Positions 9,472-19,995 of a DNA stretch of 64,000 nt are shown here, piece by piece. The notes beneath the pieces are model-generated. The model was not told the origin of the DNA. It did not search any database and worked only from the letters and a program-made list of their open reading frames with translations. Within the stretch, counting starts at the first letter, position 1, and every line of letters begins with the position of its first letter. This DNA is from a virus: the IMG/VR virus record IMGVR_UViG_3300032308_002092, positions 64,001 to 128,000 of that record; one strand, 5' to 3'. The translations under genes and the position numbers were made by a program.

Positions 9472-10596
9472 TTACTTGGCCTTGTTGAGCTTGATGTTAG
9501 CTTTCAGAACTTCTACGAGCTGAGGGTGCTTGGCTGCGAGGTCTTTGAAGAAGGTAGCTACGTTAGTTCCCTTACCGCTTTGGCCGCAGCTTCGAAGTAG
9601 GTCGATCGCCAAATCGCTTGGGATGATGCTGGCTACTTCGACCATCAAGTCTTCGCTGATCTCATTCTCTTTAGGCTCGCGTCCACCGTAGTTCTTGGAG
9701 ATAGACTCAATGGTTACTGAGATGTAGTCGCCCTTGTAGTTACTTGGGTTGCTCTGCTCTTTCAGCTTCTTGAGCGAAGCGGATTTGCTAGTGAGCAGAT
9801 CTTGCGCTGTAACTGGAGCTTCAGTGTGAACATACTTCCAGAACTCGCTGCCAATGCCTTTACCCAAGATGCTGATGCACAGCTGTCGGTGCATGGTTCT
9901 ATCTTCTAGACCACCCGACTTGTGAGCTGCGTTCAGCCTACTCCATGTACGAGGAGAGATGTATACTGAGTCCTTGCCCAAGGAGCTAGGCTCTTTGTAG
10001 ATCCAAGCGCCAGACTTCACGAAGTTTTGGATATGGTCGCAGAACTTGTTTGTCTCCATGAAATCAACGAAGCCGTTGTGATCATAGTCGATATCGAAGT
10101 GAACGAATCTGTCTTTAAGCGCTGTGTCTGCGGAGTTCGTATCGTACTCTGAGGACTCTGGGTTGTTAGATGTAGCGATTACCCAACCACTCGGTAGCTT
10201 ATAGTTAGGGCCGACGCCTCGACTAGCGTCAGTGAGCTGCATCAAGCAGTTCATTACCGCAGACGTAGATCTGAGCGACTCGTCGAGAAAGATGAGTCCC
10301 TCTGAGTCTTTACCTCGTGGCCAGAACTCCGGAACATAGTGCGTCGTGACCTTACTACCATCTTCCAGTCTTTCCTGTTGCGGTAAGCCGATGAAGTCAG
10401 GTGCTTCCAAGAACGCACAGCGAAGCATCAAGAAACCGAAGTCAGGGTTTCGCTTTCTTTGCTTCTCAACCCACTGCATGACCTGCTCAGTCTTGGAAAG
10501 ACCGGCATGGCCAATGAAGGATGGGTTCAAGGTGTATCCTTGCTTGCGGGCATTGAGGGCTAGATCGAGAACATCTGAAATTTTACTAGGTTTCAT
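9472..10596 (-). CDS. MoxR-like AAA+ ATPase
   Basis: Walker A GHAGLSKT, DFIGLP, Walker B LIFLDE, sensor SNN, ALKDRF, SPRTW. Confidence 0.85.
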   Translation of the reverse strand: MKPSKISDVLDLALNARKQGYTLNPSFIGHAGLSKTEQVMQWVEKQRKRNPDFGFLMLRCAFLEAPDFIGLPQQERLEDGSKVTTHYVPEFWPRGKDSEGLIFLDESLRSTSAVMNCLMQLTDASRGVGPNYKLPSGWVIATSNNPESSEYDTNSADTALKDRFVHFDIDYDHNGFVDFMETNKFCDHIQNFVKSGAWIYKEPSSLGKDSVYISPRTWSRLNAAHKSGGLEDRTMHRQLCISILGKGIGSEFWKYVHTEAPVTAQDLLTSKSASLKKLKEQSNPSNYKGDYISVTIESISKNYGGREPKENEISEDLMVEVASIIPSDLAIDLLRSCGQSGKGTNVATFFKDLAAKHPQLVEVLKANIKLNKAK

Positions 10597-10636
10597 TTAA
10601 ACTCCTATTGTTGTTATGGTCGATATTATTTCGGGA

Positions 10637-10915
10637 TCACATGAACTCTATGGAACTCTCGGGGTAACCTGGATCTGCGTCCATAGTTATTTTGTTTGCC
10701 ATGTCCATGGCCATATCTGCACTTTGTTTTGCAACATCTGCTTCTTTTTCATGACCTTGTTCTCTCATAATCTTTTCCGTAAGTTTGTACATCCTGTAGG
10801 CGTACTGCAAACTAGTTATGAGCGCTATGACTTCGTTATCGGTTAGGTTTAACGAGATGTATCCCTTGCTAAACTCATCATCATTAAAAAGTGAAGGCCT
10901 ACCTTTTTCGTCCAT
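10637..10915 (-). CDS. Hypothetical protein
   Basis: GGAGG SD; 92 aa. Confidence 0.65.
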   Translation of the reverse strand: MDEKGRPSLFNDDEFSKGYISLNLTDNEVIALITSLQYAYRMYKLTEKIMREQGHEKEADVAKQSADMAMDMANKITMDADPGYPESSIEFM

Positions 10916-10932
10916 GATTCCTCCACGGTTGC

Positions 10933-11178
10933 TTAATCTTCTTTTACCATCGTCTTCAGGAAATCAGGTAGTGCTGATACGTCTAGTTTTTTCTTACTTT
11001 TGGTTTTCTTAGGCTTGAACTCAGAGAAGAAGTGGGCACCCTCGTCTAGATCCATAAGTGAGACCTGCTTAGTCATGTAAGATATTTTCTGCTTAAAGTC
11101 GGGCTTAATAGCCTCTAGTTTCTCTACCTTACCGCCTCTGGCCAGGTATTGCTCTATGGTCTCTTTCATTCGTTCCAT
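10933..11178 (-). CDS. Small protein with SutA-like RNAP-binding motif
   Basis: ETIEQYLARGGKVEKL resembles the SutA (E)FLxRGGKV motif; recognised by eye only. Confidence 0.5.
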   Translation of the reverse strand: MERMKETIEQYLARGGKVEKLEAIKPDFKQKISYMTKQVSLMDLDEGAHFFSEFKPKKTKSKKKLDVSALPDFLKTMVKED

Positions 11179-11238
11179 CCTTGTCTGTTGGGTATAAGAA
11201 CCTTGTCATCGTTCATCAGAAATAAGATCGGAGATTAT

Positions 11239-12015
11239 ATGGCAGCTGATAAGTCAGAATCACTAGAAGTGGTAAACTCTGGAATAGATTGGCAACTTAG
11301 GCGCATATACTGGGGGTCGTTAGACAAATCAGACTCCGAAGATAAAAGTGAGTTCTGCTGGGCTACAGTAGAGCACATGGTTAGAGCCATGCACAAGATG
11401 TATCAGATCAACAACAAGCCTATCGAGCTCCACTTCAACTCACCCGGTGGCGATGTCTATGATATGCTTAGGCTTATGGATGAGATTGAATCCGCTCCCT
11501 GTCAGATAAGGTTCATAGGATCGGGGATCATCGCTTCGGCCGCTACGTGGATCATGTGCGTAAGCGACCACAGATCACTGCACAAGAACACCGTAGTTAT
11601 GCTACACGACGGCCACGAAGGCTTCATCGGTAGCCATACCGACACGCAGATCGCCGCTAGCCACAACCGCCAACTGCAAGACCGACTGTATGAAGTTTTT
11701 GCAGCCAACTCTAGGATGCCTACCGTGTTCTGGCAAGACCTCATGCAGCGCGATTTATACCTTAGAGCAGACGAAGCCAAGATGCTAGGGCTGTGCGACG
11801 AAGTCATTGAGCCACGTAAGCGTGGTGGTGTTCGCAAATCCAGACAAGCGATCCTATCTAACCACCCTGATCCTTCTGAGTTGCAGAAGCTCACCAAAGA
11901 GCTGTATAAGCGCATTGATCGCAGGAAGCCATCTAAGTTGGATATCTCGTACAAGCAAGAAGAAGTGGAAGAAGCTCTGGTTGAGACCCACGTCGATGCG
12001 CCCGTAGAAGGCTGA
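11239..12015 (+). CDS. ClpP-like protease
   Basis: LHFNSPGGDV, ASAATWI (Ser), VMLHD (His), RDLYLRADEAKMLGLCD; start at ATG 11239 after GGAG. Confidence 0.85.
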   Translation: MAADKSESLEVVNSGIDWQLRRIYWGSLDKSDSEDKSEFCWATVEHMVRAMHKMYQINNKPIELHFNSPGGDVYDMLRLMDEIESAPCQIRFIGSGIIASAATWIMCVSDHRSLHKNTVVMLHDGHEGFIGSHTDTQIAASHNRQLQDRLYEVFAANSRMPTVFWQDLMQRDLYLRADEAKMLGLCDEVIEPRKRGGVRKSRQAILSNHPDPSELQKLTKELYKRIDRRKPSKLDISYKQEEVEEALVETHVDAPVEG

Positions 12016-12189
12016 TCAGCCTATTTCTTGGTTTCTTTATTGATGTGGTGTAAGGTTTTAGCCTTTTCTTCGTTCCATTGCGTAGTGAACATCGTACGCT
12101 CGATCTCAACTATCCTGGCTGTTAGACCGTCTATCTTCTTTTGCAGATCTTCTACAGTTGGTTTTTTAACCTTACTAGCCTTAGTTTTA

Positions 12190-13164
12190 TCAGTCATCGA
12201 AGCCGACTTTGCTTGGCTTAGTGAAGTTGTTTTTAACTTTCTTGTTGTGCTCGACAATATCTTTGACAATCTTTGCGACTGATTCGTCCTTGATTCTATG
12301 TCTGATTACGATTTCAGTTATGTGGGCTGCTGATAGGAAGTTCGCATTGCTGTCCAGTATAGCTTTCTTCTCTTCATCTGAGGCTTCTCTCTTGGCCACG
12401 AATTCAAATAGTCTAAGTCTTTCTTCTGCTTTGGGTGGTTGAAGTTCTAGCATGAGGTCGAAGCGACCAGGTCTGTCACTTAGGCTTGCCAACAGCCTTT
12501 CTGGGGTGTTGGTTGTGGCGACTATGAACGTAGGTAGCTTGAAGGTGTCGCCCATGCCATCGAGTAGGTTCAGCAACCCCGCGTCGACTGACCTAGCTCC
12601 TTCAGAGTCAGTGTTTCCGCCACCGATGTCTTCCATCACGAAGATAAGCCTAGTAGCAGACGCTGAATACTTAGAGTCTGTAGCAAGGAACTCCTGCATA
12701 TCATCTGCGTCTATCTTAGATGTAGGCCATATGATCACCACAGTGCCCTTGTCTTCTTCCACGGCTTGCTCACAGAACATGGAGATAGTTGCGGTCTTGC
12801 CATATCCAGGAGCGGAGTAAAGTAGCACACCTCTTTTGGGCTTTATGTTAAGTTCTTCGTACACAGCTAACTTAGAGAAGAAGCTGTTCGCCTCCTTCAG
12901 GATAGAGCTCGTGTTGACCAGATCTACCAGAAGTCGCTTACTGATGAGGTCGATCTGAGACAGCTCTACCTTGCCGCCTTTGTTAACGGCTTGCCAAATG
13001 CCTGGTTTTATCGAGTACTTTGGCGCTGCGCTCTTCTTTTGGTACTTGAATTGCCATAGTTTATCTTGGTATTGTAGCGCTAGGTCTGATTCACCTATAG
13101 CGTCGCCTTCACTTAGGGAATTGAGGTCTACTACTCTATGGACCTTAAATGCCTTTTTTCTCAT
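12190..13164 (-). CDS. AAA ATPase
   Basis: RGVLLYSAPGYGKT, VMEDI, LLNLLDG, ATTN, DRPGRFD. Confidence 0.88.
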   Translation of the reverse strand: MRKKAFKVHRVVDLNSLSEGDAIGESDLALQYQDKLWQFKYQKKSAAPKYSIKPGIWQAVNKGGKVELSQIDLISKRLLVDLVNTSSILKEANSFFSKLAVYEELNIKPKRGVLLYSAPGYGKTATISMFCEQAVEEDKGTVVIIWPTSKIDADDMQEFLATDSKYSASATRLIFVMEDIGGGNTDSEGARSVDAGLLNLLDGMGDTFKLPTFIVATTNTPERLLASLSDRPGRFDLMLELQPPKAEERLRLFEFVAKREASDEEKKAILDSNANFLSAAHITEIVIRHRIKDESVAKIVKDIVEHNKKVKNNFTKPSKVGFDD

Positions 13165-14011
13165 CTGTAATCACCTTTTTCCCTATTTATGTGCTTAGTT
13201 TTAGACTTAGCCCTGTATATGTATTTGTTTGTTTGATCTCTCTTGTCGTCGTGTCTAATCACTTCCCAGCCTTCTCCATCGCTGCTGAATATATGGAGGC
13301 TGTCTGAGTCTGGCTTTGTGATGGCTATCGAAGATCTGCTTAAGACGGTGTCGTTTACGTTTAGCTCGCCGACTGGTTCGAAGCCGAGATCGAAGCCGAA
13401 GCTGTTGGTGAGCTTACGGTCGCCGTTCTCTAGGGTGTGCGCATGGTTCGGCTTATCATCGCTGTGTCTAGAGCGAACATTGACTCTGATGAATCTATTG
13501 TTTCCTTTTTGCTTCACCCTTATCCAATTATTCGACATACTCAAACTCCCTCATCCCGGCTGGAGTTAGGACAGATATCTTGGCTTTTAGATCGGGCAGG
13601 ATAGCCCACTCGTAGTGTAGGAGGCCTATGGTGCCACCTTCTTTAGAGGCGTTTTCTATGGCTATTAGGAACGCGTCTTCGTGCTCAGAGTCGCGCTTGC
13701 CGTGTAGCTTCTCGTCCATTGCTTTCTTTGTGAACACACCATCTTCTATTAAGCGAAGTATGATGCTCTCAAGGGGTACTGTCCTCGTCACTAGGCGCAG
13801 GCACTCTAGCTTCCTCAGAATCAGTGGGGATGTTACACTCACTTGGAACCTCCAGATCTACATATAGATATGCGAAAGAAGATAGCCAATTCTCTGCGAA
13901 CCTTACGGCCTCTATCTGGTCTAGGACCGAGAACTCTACCAAGAGTAGCTTCTCGTGCTTAAGCCGCCAGACGTTGCCTATCTTTCTCTCTAATTTAAGC
14001 TTCTTACGCAT
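13161..14011 (-). CDS. Three small hypothetical proteins (13161..13544; 13528..13842; 13769..14011)
   Basis: Overlapping co-oriented ORFs. Confidence 0.55.
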
Positions 14012-14077
14012 TGGTTACCATGGTCCTAAGTTTAGATCACTAAGTCTATAGTACCACTTGTTTGACCAATCAGTCAA

Positions 14078-14965
14078 TTACATGTCGTCTGGGTGTCTTA
14101 TACCTAGAAAGGACTGAAAAACAGGGAACCTAGGCTTGTCTTTCTTGCCTGCTTCTTGACTTTTAACCTTGGCTATCTGGCCGAGGTACTTGTCGCGGTT
14201 GCTCCATATCTGTTTGCGTAGGGCGTCGTCGAAACCGGTCCCACATTTGAAGATAACGCCATCCTCGGATTGTAGGATCAGACTCCCTAATGTCTCCATC
14301 GGTACCATATTCTCTTTGTGGGAGGATCTCTTCGTGTGACCTAGCTCATCTAAAGTAGCCTCATTCGCGTTGTGTAATCTCTCTTCAAAGCCGATGATCT
14401 TAGCCTCGAAGTCCGTGAACTGCTTGACCTTACCCAGCAGACCTTCCTTAAGGGTAGACCTACCGTTCTTGTATCGACCACTTGGTTTTCTAACCATGAC
14501 GCCTTCGTAGCCCTCAGATAAGGACTTGGCCTCATACTCTAGCAGCTCATCTACGGAGTGTATCAGCTTATGCTCGACTATCTTGATCCTGGGTAACCCT
14601 AGTCGCCTAACGAACTCGCTGGCTTTGTGATATCTGCTCTCGAAGGGTTCGTTCAGGTCGTTGCCGATGAGGTCGAAGATATGGTAGCTGAAGTCCGGGA
14701 TACCAGACTCTGACATGACTCCAGATGAAGATGAGTGGAAGGTGTTGCCAACGGTTAGCTCACCGTCGAAGTTCAGATCATACTCACAGATCTCTTCTAG
14801 GAATTGTCTGATGTATCCGTTTGGAATAGGTTTGAACTTACGAGATAGTACTTGCTTGTTTAGGACTAGGCACCTTATGCCGTCCAATTTAGGAGATGCG
14901 AGAACAGGGAAGAGTAGAGAACTTACGTCCTCTACTGTATCTGCTAACATAGGTTTTGTTATCAT
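14078..14965 (-). CDS. ATP-dependent DNA ligase
   Basis: KPMLA, motif I SPKLDGIR, FDGEL, YEGVMVR, KVK, CGTGF, PRFPVF. Confidence 0.93.
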   Translation of the reverse strand: MITKPMLADTVEDVSSLLFPVLASPKLDGIRCLVLNKQVLSRKFKPIPNGYIRQFLEEICEYDLNFDGELTVGNTFHSSSSGVMSESGIPDFSYHIFDLIGNDLNEPFESRYHKASEFVRRLGLPRIKIVEHKLIHSVDELLEYEAKSLSEGYEGVMVRKPSGRYKNGRSTLKEGLLGKVKQFTDFEAKIIGFEERLHNANEATLDELGHTKRSSHKENMVPMETLGSLILQSEDGVIFKCGTGFDDALRKQIWSNRDKYLGQIAKVKSQEAGKKDKPRFPVFQSFLGIRHPDDM

Positions 14966-15006
14966 TAGACACCTCGTTTGATATACGAGATGGGATCGGA
15001 AAGATC

Positions 15007-15735
15007 TTACTTAGTCTCTTCTTGAATTACTTCTAGTGGCACCATAGAACCAAAACCAGGGGTTCTGGTGTCAAGGTAGGAAACTACACCAGTGACTTCG
15101 CCCTTGGCGTTGATCATCGGCGACCCTGAACTACCGGGTGCTACGCCGATAGTAGTGTCAGTACTTACGCCGCTGAATACGCATGCCTCTACATCGCCGA
15201 AGATGGTCTCAATGGTTTTCCAAGAGAACACTTCTCCTTTGCAGTCTTCTTTGCTTTTCTGCATCGGTATCTCTACTTTACCCTTACCCACGATCATTCC
15301 GCTAGTGACGGACAAAGCGCGTCCAGCTGGGAACCCTACGACCCATGCTTCTTCTCTGGCTTGCTTATCTTGGGATAGCTTAAACGCTGGAGCATCACTC
15401 GGTAGCTTGTCCATGATGCAGAGATCACCCTTACCAGATAGCTTAAACTCTGAGAGAGTAAAGCCAACGCCATCGCTGTTGACAGCGGACTTACCCAGGG
15501 GAACCACTTGCTTGATCTTAAAGACGTCGCAGATATGTCCAGCGGTAACCAAGGTTGGCTCGCCGCCAATTTCCATGGCAAAAGCACTGCCAACGAATTG
15601 TCCGTTGATCTCAACTCGGTAAACTTTGTCTTCTGATCTCTCAGCGATTGAGATTGGGTCTAGCTTAGCAGAGCTAACCGATAGTGCCGTGATAGCTGCG
15701 ATAAACGCGCCCACTAGTAGGGAGATTGGGTCCAT
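15007..15735 (-). CDS. Secreted trypsin-like serine protease
   Basis: Signal peptide; VTAGH, GDLC, PGSSGSP catalytic motifs. Confidence 0.85.
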   Translation of the reverse strand: MDPISLLVGAFIAAITALSVSSAKLDPISIAERSEDKVYRVEINGQFVGSAFAMEIGGEPTLVTAGHICDVFKIKQVVPLGKSAVNSDGVGFTLSEFKLSGKGDLCIMDKLPSDAPAFKLSQDKQAREEAWVVGFPAGRALSVTSGMIVGKGKVEIPMQKSKEDCKGEVFSWKTIETIFGDVEACVFSGVSTDTTIGVAPGSSGSPMINAKGEVTGVVSYLDTRTPGFGSMVPLEVIQEETK

Positions 15736-15902
15736 GAATCACTCCTTTAGAGGGAGCACCACTTACCTACGAACGTGTAGCTGGGTCCTGCCCTTAGTTT
15801 ATAGACCATTGCCTCAGCCACAGCCATACTTAATTATACTACGTATTTTGTCCGACTGGTCAATAAGCTGATGAATAGAGTGGCTAAATAGATAAACACT
15901 TA

Positions 15903-16250
15903 TTATCGCTCACCTATTTGGTCTTCTAGCTGCTCTAGGAATTGATAGTTGAATAGGACTTTGTCTGAGTTTTGCCTTATGGCCTTAAAAAGGTCATCTT
16001 GGAAGACATCTTCTTTTCCTTCGTGGAGGGCTTTACAAAGTGCACCCCTGAACGTGTCTTGGGTGTCTACGTTGGGGTTTTGCTCGAAGTTATCTGCTGC
16101 TTTTTGTAGGTAGTCTGGTAGATGTAGGTCAAAATGTAGCCAAAAGTCAAGAACACCCTTGGCATCAGATGGGTCGATCTTCAGGTTCGTAAGCTTGTGT
16201 ACATTTACTTCGCTGCTCATTTCTTGATCTCCATTCTTTATTCTCATCAA
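15903..16250 (-). CDS. Hypothetical protein
   Basis: Clean ORF of ~105-115 aa. Confidence 0.6.
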   Translation of the reverse strand: MMRIKNGDQEMSSEVNVHKLTNLKIDPSDAKGVLDFWLHFDLHLPDYLQKAADNFEQNPNVDTQDTFRGALCKALHEGKEDVFQDDLFKAIRQNSDKVLFNYQFLEQLEDQIGER

Positions 16251-16496
16251 GGGTTATACGATGATTGACCGTCCAGACAGTCGAACGTAGTTGCATCAAA
16301 TACTTACGCAAAGCCCCTTGCTTGAGGTACAATTATCCTTACCACTGCTCATCAACGGAGGCTGCAATGAATTTCTGTATTCCACAATCCAATCAGCATA
16401 TTGGCGTTCGCCTTACATATATTATGGGCTACTACCAAGCCACCTCTGTTTAGTACAAATTAACATCTCCCATGAGAACAAAGGACGCGGAAAGCT

Positions 16497-17486
16497 ATGC
16501 TTACCGATAAGCGACTTGTCTATAGACCGTTTCACTACCCACAGGCCTTCGAGTACTTCACGAAGCAGCAACAGGCACACTGGCTACCTACTGAAGTCAA
16601 GATGTCGGGCGACATAAAAGACTACAACGAGAATCTAACTGAAGCCGAGAAATCAGTGGTCATCAAGATCCTTCGTTTATTCACCAGCATTGAAGTGGAT
16701 GCTGAAGACTATTGGAACCAGGTATCCAAGTGGTTTGGCGGTCACCCAGAGATAGCTCAGATGGCAGCCTCGAACGCTTCGATGGAGGCAATTCATATTT
16801 GGGCCTATGACTACTTGAACACGAGCCTTAACTTGCCTCTGTCAGAGTACGAAGCATTCCTCAAAGATCCAGCGATGATGGCCAAGAAGGAGCGTCTGGG
16901 GCAAGTTTTGGGCAAGGTCAAGACACTTGAGGATAAGGCTGTTAGTTTAGCTGTCTTCTCTGCCTTCACTGAAGGGGTGTCTCTGTTCTCAAGCTTCGCG
17001 GTGCTTATGAGCTTCTCCAAGGCCAACAAGCTAAAGGGCGTAGCTAACGTCGTGGCATGGTCCGTGCGTGATGAGTCGCTCCATAGCGATGCTGGCTGCT
17101 GGCTGTTTCGTACCTTGGTAGAAGAGAGGCCACATCTGCTCACGGACGACGTCAAAGAGCGCGTCATCGACGCCGCTCGTGTAGCAGTGTCGTTAGAGGA
17201 CGACTACATTGATGCCGTGTTCTCTAATGGCGAGATAGAGCACATCTCTAGCAAAGACCTCAAAGCCTACATTAGGTTTAGGGCCAACACGAAGCTGAAT
17301 GACCTTGGCCTCAAGAAGAACTGGAAATCAATTGATATGGAAGCCGTCAAGCGCATCACATCTTGGTTTGATGTAATGGTTTCCGGTAACGAGCACGCAG
17401 ACTTTTTCGCTGTTAAAAGCACTGCGTACTCCAAGGGCAACGTAAACTGGGATACTCTGGACTTCGACGCGGAGAAATACAAATGA
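16497..17486 (+). CDS. nrdB: Ribonucleotide reductase class Ia beta subunit
   Basis: YRPFHYP, HWLPTEV, EAIHIWAY, EGVSLFSSFA, RDESLH, HADFFA. Confidence 0.95.
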   Translation: MLTDKRLVYRPFHYPQAFEYFTKQQQAHWLPTEVKMSGDIKDYNENLTEAEKSVVIKILRLFTSIEVDAEDYWNQVSKWFGGHPEIAQMAASNASMEAIHIWAYDYLNTSLNLPLSEYEAFLKDPAMMAKKERLGQVLGKVKTLEDKAVSLAVFSAFTEGVSLFSSFAVLMSFSKANKLKGVANVVAWSVRDESLHSDAGCWLFRTLVEERPHLLTDDVKERVIDAARVAVSLEDDYIDAVFSNGEIEHISSKDLKAYIRFRANTKLNDLGLKKNWKSIDMEAVKRITSWFDVMVSGNEHADFFAVKSTAYSKGNVNWDTLDFDAEKYK

Positions 17487-19174
17487 AAACCCTAGAAGAA
17501 CTTAAAGCAGAAGGTTCCGCCCCAAGCTGGCTCAATGACCCAGGGCTTCAGACTTTGCGTGGCGGGTATCTACAGAAAGATGAGACGCCAAAGGAAATGT
17601 GGCTCAGAGTGTCTAACGCCTCTGCCGACAGACTAGGTAAGCCTGAGCTTGCTCCTCGATTCTTTGAGCTGTTCTGGAATGGATGGCTTTGTGGTAGCAC
17701 CCCCGTCCTGGCTAATATGGGGACCCAACGTGGTCTACCCATCTCTTGCTTCGCGAACCACGTACCAGACACCACTACAGGTATCTGGCAAGGCGCCCAT
17801 GAGATCGCTATGTTGAGTAAGTTCGGCGGAGGCGTAGCTTCGTACTGGGGCGACGTCAGAGCTAAAGGCTCGCCTATATCTACTGGTGGTACTACGGAAG
17901 GCATAGTCCCCTTCCTAAAGGTATACGACTCTACTATCGTGGGTGTCAGCCAAGGCTCTACTAGACGTGGCAGCATGGCGGTTTACCTACCATGGGACCA
18001 CGGCGACGCCCTGGACTTCCTCAGGATTCGCCGCCCAGAGGGAGACGTCAATCGTCAGTGCTTGAACCTACACCATGGTATTTGCTTAGACGACAACTTC
18101 TTTGACCTGCTAGCAGCAGGGGATAAGAAGGCGCGTGAGTTTGCCTCAGAACTATACAAAGCTCGTTTAGAAACCGGTGAGCCTTACGTCTTCTTCACCG
18201 ACAACGTGGCTAGGAACAGACCACAAGCCTACAAAGATCTAGGGCTAGAGGTTAAGACCAGTAATTTGTGCTCAGAGATAATGCTCTATACCGATCCAGA
18301 GCACACCTTCGTATGCTGCTTGTCGTCCATGAACCTCACCAGATGGGAAGAATGGAAGAACACCGACGCGGTCTACTTGGCTACGTGGTTCCTAGAAGGC
18401 GTCATGTCGGAGTTCATCGCTAAGGCAGAAGGTCTTCCAGGCATGGAAGCTGCGGTTAGGCACGCCAAGAAGGGCAGAGCTTTAGGTCTTGGCGTACTAG
18501 GCTTTCACTCTATGCTGCAAGACAAAGGACTAGCGTTCGGCGACTTCGGAGCTAATATCTTGAACAAAGCTATCTTCAAGAAGATGCGTGAGGAAGCCAC
18601 TAGAGCAAGTCAAGAAATGGCCAAGGAGTACGGTAAGCCAGAGTGGTGCAAGACTACGGACCAAAGGCACACTCACCTACTTGCAGTCGCGCCAACTGCG
18701 TCGAACAGCGTAATTTCTGGCGACTGCAGCCCTGGGATAGAGCCGTTCAACGCCAACGTGTTCGTGAAGAAGACTGCCAAAGGTACGTTCATCACCTACA
18801 ACCATAGTCTAAAGAAGCTACTGGCAGACAAAGGTAAGGACACCGAAGAAGTATGGCGACAGATATCTGGGGACTCTGGTTCCGTTAGGAGTTTGGAGTT
18901 CTTATCTGAGCAAGAGAAGGCTACGTTTCATACCGCTTTTGAGATCGACCAAAGAGATGTAGTAGATCTAGCAGCGGACAGACAGAAGTATATCGATCAA
19001 GGTGCTTCGAATAACTTATTCTTTGCAGCAGACGTAGATCCAAACTACTTCCACGCGGTTCACTTGAGAGCATACAAGAAAGGTATAAACACCTTGTATT
19101 ATTGCAGAAGCAGCTCGGTTCTGAGAGCGGATATCAGCTCAAGAGATGGAGATTGTAAGGCCTGTGAGGGATGA
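17483..19174 (+). CDS. nrdA: Ribonucleotide reductase class Ia alpha subunit (short form, no ATP cone)
   Basis: STPVLAN, GLPISCF, SNLCSEI, FVCCLSS, AVAPTAS, TLYY, C-terminal CKACEG. Confidence 0.95.
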   Translation: MKTLEELKAEGSAPSWLNDPGLQTLRGGYLQKDETPKEMWLRVSNASADRLGKPELAPRFFELFWNGWLCGSTPVLANMGTQRGLPISCFANHVPDTTTGIWQGAHEIAMLSKFGGGVASYWGDVRAKGSPISTGGTTEGIVPFLKVYDSTIVGVSQGSTRRGSMAVYLPWDHGDALDFLRIRRPEGDVNRQCLNLHHGICLDDNFFDLLAAGDKKAREFASELYKARLETGEPYVFFTDNVARNRPQAYKDLGLEVKTSNLCSEIMLYTDPEHTFVCCLSSMNLTRWEEWKNTDAVYLATWFLEGVMSEFIAKAEGLPGMEAAVRHAKKGRALGLGVLGFHSMLQDKGLAFGDFGANILNKAIFKKMREEATRASQEMAKEYGKPEWCKTTDQRHTHLLAVAPTASNSVISGDCSPGIEPFNANVFVKKTAKGTFITYNHSLKKLLADKGKDTEEVWRQISGDSGSVRSLEFLSEQEKATFHTAFEIDQRDVVDLAADRQKYIDQGASNNLFFAADVDPNYFHAVHLRAYKKGINTLYYCRSSSVLRADISSRDGDCKACEG

Positions 19175-19928
19175 AATAAAAGTTAAAATTTGCACAAAAT
19201 GTAATCAAAGCAAGTCTGTTTCTATGTTTTCTAAAAATAACGTAAAGCAAGATAATTTAATGCCTTCTTGCAAGGACTGCAATAGGAAGTATTATGTTGA
19301 TAACAAAGAAAAAATTAAAGAAAGAGTTGCTAATTATTACGAAAAGAACAAAAAGGAAATAATTAACAAACAGAATGAGAAATTAAAACTAAATGAAAAT
19401 AGGCAGAAGTATAGAGATTATCAGCGAACATATCAGAGAGAATACCGTCGACTTAATAAAAAGACTCTCAAAAAGAAGCCACTAAGCGATCGACAAAAGG
19501 CGATGCGCCGCCAGAATTTTATAGAGTGGGCTATACGCAATAAGGATGCGCTACGCTCATATAAAAGAAAAAGGCTGTCTAGCAGCTTGTTATTTCAATT
19601 AAGAAACAGACTGTCTTCTAGACTAAGGCATATCCTATGTGGAAACACCCATAAGAGTAAAAGTACTGAAAAAATAATAGGATGTACAATGGATTTTTTA
19701 TTTCAGTATCTGGGTGTCGACAGTTTGGGAAATATTACAGATCTACATTTAGATCATATATGTCCTTGCTCACAAGCACAAGATCAAGAAGAATTACTTA
19801 AACTGCAACACTATTTAAACTTACGGCTAATTAAGGCTTCAGAAAATCTAAGTAAGTCTGATAAAAGAACCCCTGAAGCAGAAGAGAAGTGTCTTCAACT
19901 GCTAAGTAGGGAGTGGATAAACGCATAA
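19146..19928 (+). mobile_element. Free-standing HNH-type putative homing endonuclease
   Basis: N-terminal CTKC/CKDC zinc motif, LHLDHICP..HYLNLRLI..ENLSKS; visibly more AT-rich than flanks; overlaps the nrdA 3' end. Confidence 0.8.
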
Positions 19929-19994
19929 CACAATGGTGTTGACAATACCAAAACTCGCTTATATGACTCAGACTGCAAAGCGTGTGAGGGGTGA
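19929..19994 (+). pseudogene. Relic duplicate of the nrdA 3' end
   Basis: 19971-19994 GAC TGC AAA GCG TGT GAG GGG TGA = DCKACEG*, same peptide as the NrdA end but with different codons; no start codon in frame. Confidence 0.85.
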
Positions 19995-19995
19995 G

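Noticed and set aside
12941-12948. CTGATGAG matches here and near 47685
   Set aside because: Inside coding sequence with no flanking hammerhead stems.
19146-19970. Group I intron in nrdA
   Set aside because: nrdA is complete upstream and only ~40 nt of non-coding sequence is available, too little for an intron core.
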